Shown in pieces: positions 19,101-26,100 of a stretch of 29,203 nucleotides of DNA. Source of the DNA: a virus (Duplodnaviria; Caudoviricetes); IMG/VR virus record IMGVR_UViG_3300021092_000138, positions 1-29,203 of that record; one strand, given 5' to 3'. Each line of letters starts with the position of its first letter. The first letter of the stretch is position 1. Position numbers and translations under genes: made by a program. The notes under the pieces are model-generated. The model saw only the letters and a program-made list of their open reading frames with translations, was not told where the DNA came from and searched no databases.

Positions 19101-20687
19101 GTTGATTATAGCCAAACTGATAATTTGGGCAACAACCTGATTCTTTCTATACCAAATAATATTGGGGTAATCTCTGCATTCAATTCTTTACTTATTGACA
19201 GAGTTCAAGGAACTCCACAACAAAACTCAACTGATATCTTATTCTATGTTGGCACTGCTGGAACAGTCTCTTTATCAAATGCCAATGTTACGTATATCAA
19301 AACTATCTCAGATGGACTTCATTTTAAAGTAAGTCATTATAACCATGGAATGTATGCTACGAATGATAGGGTTGTTCTTTCTGGATTAGAATCAGATCTG
19401 AAACCGCAAACATTGAATTCCTCATATACTGCATCTTCAACTGATTCAATTATAGTCAATTCTGTTGGAATCTTTACTAGTTTTGAAAATATTCCGGTAT
19501 CTTCTTTGAACCCTGGATATATTTTGATTGATACTGAAGTTATTAAATATACTGGAGTTGTAACTTCTACTAATTCTCTAACTGGTATATCTAGAAAAGT
19601 AGACGGAACAATTGGTGGATCTTACTCTAGCGGTATTTCTGTTTACAAGTATGAGCTTAATGGAGTTTCTTTGAGAAGGATCAATAAAACTCATAATTTA
19701 TCAGCTGCAAATCAAACAATTTATCCAAATGATTTGGATTTCTATTATATTAAGGTTGGTATGAATACTGGAGGAACAGATAGAACAACAGGAAACGCAA
19801 ACGGGTTCCCAGAATTATTCTTCAAGGCAGATAAATCTTGCGGATCTTATGATATTGTTCCTTTAATGGGATCTCCAAAAGGACCAAAAGCAACACAAAA
19901 TATACCTTTTAATTCATTTTTAACTAATTTCCAAATAATGTTACCTGAGAAAACTAACATTACGGCGAAAGCACGAACATTCTCTGCGTCAACTCCCGAC
20001 AGTAACTTAATTTCTTTTGTCGATCAGGGGTTTGAAGATATTTCTTTAGTAAAAACTAATGAACTCTCCAGTCCAAGATTGGTAGCATCACAAATCAATG
20101 AAAATACATATTTACAAGATTTTCCTGGAAATAAGTCTTTTACAATAGAATTAGAATTAACTAGTCAAGATACTAAAGTGTCTCCAATGATAGATTTGGA
20201 TAGAACGAATGTAATTACTATTGCAAATAGAATCAATTCAAAAGTTAAAAATTACGCAACTGATGGCAGAGTTAATTCTCTAACTGATGATCCAACTGCT
20301 GCTACTTACTTAAGTAAAATTGTTCGTCTTGAAAAGGCAGCAGATAATTTAAAGGTGTATTTTGATGCACTTAGACATTCAAGTAGTGACATCAGAGTTT
20401 GTTATAGATTGTTTAGAGGTGATTCAAATTCAGCACCACTTTGGGAACTTTTCCCTGGGTATAATAATTTGGATGATAATGGACAAGTTAAAAATGCAAA
20501 AGATAATAATGGATTACCAGACAAAAAAGTATTGTCCGCTTCTTCAGAAGAAGATTTCAGATCCTATGAGTTTACAGCTTCATTCTTACCGCAATTTAAA
20601 GGATTCCAAATAAAAATTCTGATGTCTGGAACTAATTCTTCTTTTGTTCCTTTAATAAGAGATTTGAGAGCAATAGCATCAATATAA
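13185..20687 (+). CDS. vrlC: VrlC-like / DUF4815 large virion structural protein
   Basis: 2500 aa. N-terminus NLNASPYFDDFD...YQRVLFKPGTPIQARELTTSQSILQNQIEKFG; ARRTYDESGDY; RYRMQDIARLEDRLKNVEYYTSLSLLE; DRFKTGFFVDNF; WVDPLAQSF; C-terminal IRDLRAIA. Follows gp8, as in T4-like cyanophages. Confidence 0.88.
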   Translation: MAQNTNLNASPYFDDFDVTKGYQRVLFKPGTPIQARELTTSQSILQNQIEKFGKHFFKEGSVVIPGSIAYDPEYSCVQIDPTHLGISVSFYIDKLVGKLIKGETSGVIAKVESYITNTQSENDNYTLYIKYQSSSDTNFSSNTFVDGENLISLENIDYTTAVILENSSFATSIVTGSVETGSAAKIDQGVYFIRGFFIDVYAQTVILDQYSNLPSYRIGLNILEELSVASQSNPDLYDNARGFSNFAAPGADRLKITATLGKKSLDDFNDENFVELMRVENGILKKFTKKEDPNLITDELARRTYDESGDYYVKPYSVIAKESLNNKIGNNGVFQYNQLTKQGNTPSDDLLTLQISPGKAYVRGYEVETLNTINFDLAKPRTTASVKNITLPFSLGNQLEINNVFGGVKVGFGATSQVKLYSQRTSTPGTASGIEVGIARVYDLKLKNTQYSNATTIFEGSVYDVQTYTYLTINSTITLNLPAFIEGKNSSASGYLAKVATNTDQLILYQVSGTFLQDESLLVNEVEISRTVTNIRDYSLSDVRQVVSLDGTSFTGDLLLSQPLLLSPQGTTFSISTASSGISTISASTSIFGIGIKTGDIISYTKSGQTVPTYNIVSEVNTAGKRIIVKPTTSVSGVCDGTLSISSITSTDVFKVIPVLTNTKESFLFTEYENTDIASVDLTSGEIIFRKSYDVTVSSNALTATLESGTDVTLVPFDEEDYTLVYSNGTNEPLTSSKFSISAGRTINLVQLTANGPATLTATLKKTGLKSRKKFYNRSTVLNITRSANSSSGITSTTLADGLTYSSIYGTRVQDKNISLQVADVSFVMGIFESSDSNQADLPKLELSNLNGNILNSKRGEMIYGESSQAMAVLVENNGSNTIEIVYVNENSFVADEKIIFVESNLTANVVKFIEGDRNIINDFIIDYGQEREIANYAYITRKEGIIAPTKKLKIIYHNYVIDPADTGDFVTVTSYDKERFSNDLPYIDTYRANDIIDVRPRVSPYDQATNIYSPFEYAARTYSASTNSSQFNIAKDKNIIVSYDYYLGRIDKLYLNKFGEFFVSSGVPSLKPQNPKDIETALEVATILMPPYVYNSNDVKVQLSTHKRYRMQDIARLEDRLKNVEYYTSLSLLESDTKNLTLKDGQTGLDRFKTGFFVDNFKSDFAGSLGNPNHKCSIDTLEGHLRPQHYTTSIDLLLGSEAVVGAANTSNPDADLRFVKDLGNPNTVKVGDVVCLKYTDKQWLQNKFATRIVNVNPFNVVNWIGAIELNPATDTWIETKGTKKTVDQEGTYNTTIQQLGVDTNTGLSPITWGAWETTWTGTVETGRKNMGSIYIGTKETGRTSWRGGYQKGRGIPEWTKIDYQDQYTDFANVTTLTTTKQSRQGIQYKVSEQFDYVNLGTKVVSTEVIHTMRSRNVEFIAKRLKPKTQMYAFFDNVDMNKYATPKLVEVQMVSGTFAVGEAIQGTSGTTAVRARLAKPNHKYGPYNSPTQVYTENPYIPTESIPSSYSSTSTILNLDTASLELQSSAGYYGFIISDMQLKGETSGAIAKVTKVRLVTDSAGTLIGSLFIPNATLPSSPSFETGTKTFTLTTSSINTTISGATDSTASTNFVSSGTLNNTEETTLRIRNAKVEQIAKTDERTLTSEKTETVASTSFKNRSITQQRWVDPLAQSFEVPDETGIFITKVDVFFKTKDTKGLPITAQIRTMQTGLPTTEILPFGEIILDPVDVKTSDSGSVATTFTFPSPVYCETGKSYAVVLLSASDEYNVFISRMGEEDVTTVNKVESEKIIVSQQPLLGSLFKSQNGATWDPSQLEDLKLTIYRADFYKGSSTVRFYNPDLDVGNRQIVTLKPNPLDCISRSLIVGLGKSLTTSEVTDLTSGVTILQNNNGNFRGNLKSVVGSIGIGSTLSVTSPGSAFTTGFKTYSNVNVIALTGSGVGAKVNLSVQGGVAIAATVSVGGTGYVYGDALEVDYSQTDNLGNNLILSIPNNIGVISAFNSLLIDRVQGTPQQNSTDILFYVGTAGTVSLSNANVTYIKTISDGLHFKVSHYNHGMYATNDRVVLSGLESDLKPQTLNSSYTASSTDSIIVNSVGIFTSFENIPVSSLNPGYILIDTEVIKYTGVVTSTNSLTGISRKVDGTIGGSYSSGISVYKYELNGVSLRRINKTHNLSAANQTIYPNDLDFYYIKVGMNTGGTDRTTGNANGFPELFFKADKSCGSYDIVPLMGSPKGPKATQNIPFNSFLTNFQIMLPEKTNITAKARTFSASTPDSNLISFVDQGFEDISLVKTNELSSPRLVASQINENTYLQDFPGNKSFTIELELTSQDTKVSPMIDLDRTNVITIANRINSKVKNYATDGRVNSLTDDPTAATYLSKIVRLEKAADNLKVYFDALRHSSSDIRVCYRLFRGDSNSAPLWELFPGYNNLDDNGQVKNAKDNNGLPDKKVLSASSEEDFRSYEFTASFLPQFKGFQIKILMSGTNSSFVPLIRDLRAIASI

Positions 20688-20688
20688 T

Positions 20689-20934
20689 ATGGAATTAATA
20701 CCAGTAGAAGGAAATAGTGGATTATTTCGTGATTCTAAGTCAGGAGCAATTTTAAATTGTTCTGGAAACGAGTTTTCTGCATATCTGCAGACTAAAGAAA
20801 GAAAATTAAAAGAAATTGAACAATTTAATACTATGAATGATAAAATTGAACAACTTGGGAATTTAAAAAATGATGTGGATGAATTAAAAAATATGATGAA
20901 ATTGATTCTATCAAAATTGGATTCTGAATCATAA
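20689..20934 (+). CDS. Small conserved T4-like cyanophage hypothetical protein with C-terminal coiled coil
   Basis: 81 aa, starts 1 nt after the vrlC stop. VEGNSGLFRDSKSGAILN motif followed by heptad-like LKNDVDELKNMMKLILSKL. Confidence 0.8.
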   Translation: MELIPVEGNSGLFRDSKSGAILNCSGNEFSAYLQTKERKLKEIEQFNTMNDKIEQLGNLKNDVDELKNMMKLILSKLDSES

Positions 20935-20937
20935 ATA
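20930..20937 (+). promoter_or_regulatory. T4-type late promoter (CATAAATA) overlapping a stop codon
   Basis: 7/8 match to TATAAATA, ending 20 nt upstream of the ATG at 20958. Confidence 0.65.
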
Positions 20938-20957
20938 TTTAAAAATGGATTCCCATA

Positions 20958-21290
20958 ATGGCGGCAAGGAATGTAAACTTAGTTCTTGAACAAGGGGTTG
21001 ACTTTCAAGCCACCTTTACAATCAGGAATACCAACAACGCACCATTAAACTTAACAGGATATACTGGTATTTCTTCTATCAGGAAACATCCAACATCTTC
21101 AACTTCATATCCACTAACTTTAAGTTTTCCAGATAGAATTAATGGAAAAATCGTTGTCTCCATGGGGTTTACTGCAACCGATTCCATTGAAGGTGGTCGT
21201 TATGTTTATGATGTTATCTTGATATCTCCAAATTCTTATAGAACCCGAGCTGTTCAAGGAAATGTTTTAGTAACTCCAGGAGTCTCCTAA
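20958..21290 (+). CDS. Small virion structural/adaptor protein (predicted beta-sandwich)
   Basis: 110 aa. NLVLEQGVDFQATFTI...LNLTGYTGISSIRKH...GRYVYDV...RAVQGNVLVTPGV is a pattern common in cyanophage structural clusters. Confidence 0.8.
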   Translation: MAARNVNLVLEQGVDFQATFTIRNTNNAPLNLTGYTGISSIRKHPTSSTSYPLTLSFPDRINGKIVVSMGFTATDSIEGGRYVYDVILISPNSYRTRAVQGNVLVTPGVS

Positions 21291-21967
21291 TGACAGATTA
21301 CTTAGTAACATTAAATGAACCAGGTGCATATAGAATTGGTGTTGATTATGAAATTCCTACTAAATCAATTCAATATGGTAACATTATCTTAGATGACATA
21401 AGTTCACAATTTAACGGATCAATTTCAACATTTGTTCTTACTGAAAATGCGACTTCTTATGTTCCTATTAATGACCAACAACTTTTGGTAATGCTTGATG
21501 GATCTATTTTACAACCAGGGAAAGATTATACTTTATCCACAAATAATATAATATTTACAACTGCACCAACAAATGGTCAAGATTGCACTATTGTCGCTTT
21601 AGCCGCAACTGCAGATTTAACTAGAACGATTAATTATATAATTGATAGTGGATCTATTGCAATGATAACAGGAAATAAAGGATCATTAACTGTTGATGTA
21701 ACAGGGGTTTTAGAATCTTTAGTGATATTATCAGACCAACAAGGCAATTTAACACTGGACATTAAAAAGTCAAGTTATTCAACATTTCCCACTTTTACCT
21801 CAATTGTTGGTGGGGTATATCCACAAATGTCCAATGCAAGAAAAGTTCGTGATGATGATTTAACCGGATGGACAAAAACAATAACAGCTGGAGATATTCT
21901 CACTTTTGACGTTATTGCTGTAAATAATATTACCAGATTTCTAATCTCTTTAAAATTAAAATTATAA
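21290..21967 (+). CDS. Virion structural protein with an LDDIS-type domain shared with gp7
   Basis: 225 aa; TAATG stop/start overlap with the upstream gene. LDDISSQFNG...LLVMLDGSILQPGKDYTL...IIFTTAP matches domains in gp7. Confidence 0.8.
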   Translation: MTDYLVTLNEPGAYRIGVDYEIPTKSIQYGNIILDDISSQFNGSISTFVLTENATSYVPINDQQLLVMLDGSILQPGKDYTLSTNNIIFTTAPTNGQDCTIVALAATADLTRTINYIIDSGSIAMITGNKGSLTVDVTGVLESLVILSDQQGNLTLDIKKSSYSTFPTFTSIVGGVYPQMSNARKVRDDDLTGWTKTITAGDILTFDVIAVNNITRFLISLKLKL

Positions 21968-21970
21968 ATA
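21963..21970 (+). promoter_or_regulatory. Perfect T4 late promoter TATAAATA
   Basis: Exact consensus, overlapping the TAA at 21965-21967 and ending 43 nt upstream of the ATG at 22014. Confidence 0.85.
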
Positions 21971-21998
21971 AAGATAGTTATTAAAATTCATAACCTGT

Positions 21999-22005
21999 AG
22001 GGGAG
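21999..22005 (+). promoter_or_regulatory. Strong Shine-Dalgarno (AGGGGAG)
   Basis: Ends 8 nt upstream of ATG 22014; the strongest SD I saw at any gene start in the window. Confidence 0.7.
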
Positions 22006-22013
22006 TTGTTTAA

Positions 22014-23021
22014 ATGGCACTATTAGTTCCAAATATTGGAGAACTTGAGTCACTCAGATACTTGGTTGCAAACAACAACCACACTGCAAGTCTTGCTGAC
22101 CAGTCTCCCAGAAACTTAGTTTTAAAACTTTTTACAAGTAACACCACTCCAGCTGAGTCGGATGTCCCTTCTGATTCCAGATATTATGAACCATATGGAA
22201 TTGGAAATACCAATGCTTATGGATTTGCTCCTACCACAGGGTATCCATATTGTGTAAACAATAGAGGAGATCAGACATATACATCTCAGACTGGTATTCT
22301 TCTCAATGGTTCTCGTTGGAGAATTAATCAAGTAGGTTCTGGTACAACTGCAACATATCCAGAACAAACTTTTACATTCACTGGAGATGCTGGTGATGTT
22401 TATGGTTACTATGTAACTCGTGCAAACAACATGCCTGTTGCTGTACAAGGCGTTGTTCACTATGCCTCGGTTGGTATCGGTACTACAGTTACCAAGGGTG
22501 ACAATACTGATCCAGTAATTGGTGTTATTGGTAACTCTTATATCACAATTGATCCAGATCAAAGCGTAGACGATTTAACTTTGGGAATGGTTGTTGGTGG
22601 AAACGCAGGAATTCAAACAGGAACTACAGTTATAGGTATTGACAGAGCATTAAAAGTAATTTATTTAGATAAAGTTCTTATCGATAATATTCAAGTTGCT
22701 ACTGATTCAAGTGTTACCTTCAGTTTTGGTAAAATTGCAGTAACCAATCACCAACTAGTTGCTGGAGATGTACTTTACATTGCTGCCGGAACTGGTAATA
22801 CTACATTAACATCTAATGTTTATACAGTATTCTCTGTTCCTAATGCAAACGAGTTTCACACTACTCCCGCTTTGACAGCAACACCAAATTCAAGTGCTGG
22901 TTTAAGTACCGCAACTCTTTATAGTTCTGTAATGTATGCAGAAAGATTTACAAATGGTCCATACACCATTCAAAATAACGGTGACCAAATCAAGATCACA
23001 TTGAATGTTGCTCTTGACTGA
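22014..23021 (+). CDS. Probably abundant virion structural protein (possible fibre/filament subunit)
   Basis: 335 aa with its own consensus late promoter, strong SD and downstream terminator. Core motifs LVLKLFTSNTTPAESD, ATYPEQTFTF, VYGYYV, YAERFTNGPYTIQNNGDQIKIT. Confidence 0.75.
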   Translation: MALLVPNIGELESLRYLVANNNHTASLADQSPRNLVLKLFTSNTTPAESDVPSDSRYYEPYGIGNTNAYGFAPTTGYPYCVNNRGDQTYTSQTGILLNGSRWRINQVGSGTTATYPEQTFTFTGDAGDVYGYYVTRANNMPVAVQGVVHYASVGIGTTVTKGDNTDPVIGVIGNSYITIDPDQSVDDLTLGMVVGGNAGIQTGTTVIGIDRALKVIYLDKVLIDNIQVATDSSVTFSFGKIAVTNHQLVAGDVLYIAAGTGNTTLTSNVYTVFSVPNANEFHTTPALTATPNSSAGLSTATLYSSVMYAERFTNGPYTIQNNGDQIKITLNVALD

Positions 23022-23056
23022 TTTATTTTAATAAAAAAATATAATAAGTTATTGGT

Positions 23057-23095
23057 GGGAGGGTTGCTTTTTTATGGCGATCCTCCTTCTTTTTT
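23057..23095 (+). terminator. Rho-independent terminator
   Basis: GGAGGGTTGC (23058-23067) pairs with GCGATCCTCC (23077-23086): 10 bp including two G-U pairs, followed by TTCTTTTTT. Confidence 0.8.
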
Positions 23096-23118
23096 AAAAA
23101 AGTTGTTGGACGACTTGC

Positions 23119-26100
23119 ATGGCAGTTTATGTCTATAATCTAGATAATCCAGAAGTAAATAATCCATATTCTACCGAAGATTATGGATTAATTTCGTCTG
23201 CATCAACATCTTCGGAGGATATTGGAGCTGTAAGTGATGGAAGTCCAACTTTTAATTTCTTAGAAGATGACTGGTATAATATCTCTGTTAGCGAGTCATT
23301 AGTTCCTTACGGTAATATAGGTACATTAAGTACTCTACAAGAATCTGCAAGTTATCAATATATTTCTTCTGGTATACTATTTGAATTTACAAGTGAAACT
23401 CTAACTGAAAATGTTGTATTTACTTGGGTAGGAAATGGTACTGTATTTGAGATAGGAAATGGTCTAGAAAGGACCGTAAATGCATATCTGTCTTCTGGTA
23501 CTCTCCGACTAGATACAGCCGTCGCCGAGACGGCCCTAGAGTCCACTACGATAAGTCCTGTAGGAGATACTACTCTCTACACAATTACTGGTAACTATAC
23601 AGGCTTACAGTTCATTGCTCAAATTCCAGAGAATACTCAACTCTTCAGTATTTCTGGAGTAGCTATAGAGAATGATACAGAATCTTATGTTGGTTCAGGA
23701 AATATACAGATATTTGGAAGCGCGGAAGAACGATTTATAACAGGTAATTATACGGGATCTGGCACTCTTTTCAGTTTAGATACTGCTGAAGAAAGTATTA
23801 CTTATGACTATAATGAATCTTCAATAACTGAAAGTATTGTTGATTATGGTAGTATTGTAGATGTTTTATCTGGTATTCCCCTTGATTATGGTCAAGTATC
23901 AGGAACACCAATTCCACAAATTGGCGATTATGCTTTTATTGTTGATCCAGTAATACCATATCCATTTGGAGGAATGTCTCTAAGTGGATCAGCAATATGT
24001 TCTGCAAACTATAGGCTTTATATTGATGGTATTGCGATAGTAAGAGCTTCTTATTCAGAAGTTGTTTCTGGATCTATAGTTTTATCAACTTCTGCATTAG
24101 AGTCTGAAACTGAATCTTATATAGGTTTAGGCACTCTAACATTCTCTGGAACAGCTCTAGAAGCTTATTCAGCTCAGACTCCAGAGAATACTCAACTCTT
24201 TACTATTTCTGGAACAGCTCTAGAGGCTTATTCAGCTCAGACTCCAGAGAATACTCAACTCTTTAGTATTTCTGGAGTAGCTGTAGAAAAAGATGTAGAT
24301 TCCTATGTTGGCTTAGGTACTCTAACATTCTCTGGAACAGCTCTAGAGGCTTATTCAGCTCAGACTCCAGAGAATACTCAACTCTTTAGTATTTCTGGAG
24401 TAGCTCTAGAAGCTTATTCAGCTCAGACTCCAGAAGACTTTGTTCTTTATACTTTCTCTGGAACAGCTCTAGAGGCTTATTCAGCTCAGACTCCAGAAGA
24501 CTTTGTTCTTTATACTTTCTCTGGAGTAGCTGTAGAAAAGAATACAGAATCTTATGTTGGTATTGGTACACTATTTGAATTTGGTCAGTTAGTTGAAAGG
24601 GTCACTTATGATTATAATGAAAGTTCTATCATTGAAGGTGCTTTGGATTATGGATTAATAATTCACAATCCAACTGAACAACCCGCTGATTATGGTGATG
24701 TATATCTATCGCCAACTGGACTAACACTTGATTTTGGTGAAGTAAGTGCTGTAGTTCCATCTATTGTCGGTGAACTTGTATATCCATTTGGACCGATTAA
24801 TGTTGTAAATGGATTTAGCCCACAGGATACAGAAGCTTATCCTGGAGGTCCTAGTGTAGGTAAATCCTGGAGTTTTACTAGAAAGGGATATATCGGTGAT
24901 ACTGCTTTATATTCTATTTCTGGAATTGCTTCTTGTCGAGAAACAGCCGCCTATAATTACTTTCCTTCTGGATTATTTACAATTACCAATACTTCTATCA
25001 TACACCCATTTGTAGATTACACTCCACATTATGGTATTGAAAAGAATATTGGTATTGGAACTACCGGAATTAAAATTTCTGGAGAACTATTACATCCAAA
25101 TATTGATTACACTCCACATTATGGTATTGAAAAGAATATTGGTATTGGAACCACAGGAATTCAAATCTCTGGAACTGCTCTAGAGGCTTATTCAGCTCAG
25201 ACTCCAGAAGATTTAGTTCTTTATACGTTCTCTGGAACTGCTCTAGAGGCTTATTCAGCTCAGACTCCAGAAGACTTTGTTCTTTATACTTTCTCTGGAG
25301 TAGCTGTAGAGAAGAATACAGAATCTTATGTTGGCTTAGGTACTCTAACATTCTCTGGAGTAGCTATAGAAAAAGATGTAGATTCCTATGTTGGCTTAGG
25401 TACTCTAACATTCTCTGGAATAGCTATAGAAAAAGATGTAGATTCCTATGTTGGCTTAGGTAATCTAACACTCTCCGGAACAGCTCTAGAAGCTTATTCA
25501 GCTCAGACTCCAGAGAATACTCAACTCTTTAGTATTTCTGGAGTAGCTCTAGAAGCTTATTCAGCTCAGATTCCAGAGAATACTCAACTCTTTACTATTT
25601 CTGGAACAGCTCTAGAGGCTTATTCAGCTCAGACTCCAGAAGACTTTGTTCTTTATACTTTCTCTGGAGTAGCTGTAGAGAAGAATACAGAATCTTATGT
25701 TGGCTTAGGTACTCTAACATTCTCTGGAGTAGCTGTAGAAAAAGATGTAGATTCCTATGTTGGCTTAGGTACTCTAACATTCTCTGGAACAGCTCTAGAA
25801 GCTTATTCAGCTCAGACTCCAGAGAATACTCAACTCTTTAGTATTTCTGGAGTAGCTCTAGAAGCTTATTCAGCTCAGACTCCAGAGAATACTCAACTCT
25901 TTAGTATTTCTGGAGAACTATTACATCCAAATATTGATTACACTCCACACTATGGTATTGAAAAAAATATTGGTATTGGCACAACAGGCATTAAGTTTGG
26001 TATTGGCGTAGGAACTGCGCCGGATAGTGAAGGAAATCTTCGTGATGCTAAGACATATTCAAATAGATATCCAATTAATGATAAGGTTCCTGGAACTGGA

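Noticed and set aside
1-20687. Inteins, introns or homing endonucleases as the cause of the giant ORFs and insertions
   Set aside because: I recognised no intein splice-junction, LAGLIDADG, HNH or GIY-YIG motifs and no frame interruptions; the inserts look like structural domains.
13185-20687. Bacterial virulence locus implied by the name VrlC
   Set aside because: The name is historical, from the Dichelobacter vrl region; the context here is a phage baseplate cluster.
1794-23546. Short antisense and alternate-frame ORFs inside the large genes (e.g. 17777-18328, 22122-22562, 4146-4472)
   Set aside because: They lie wholly within well-supported genes, show no recognisable motifs or expression signals, and are expected from the codon bias of the sense strand.
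24101-26000. CRISPR-like array
   Set aside because: Units are 60/63/90 nt, in frame and coding, with no unique spacers and no cas genes.
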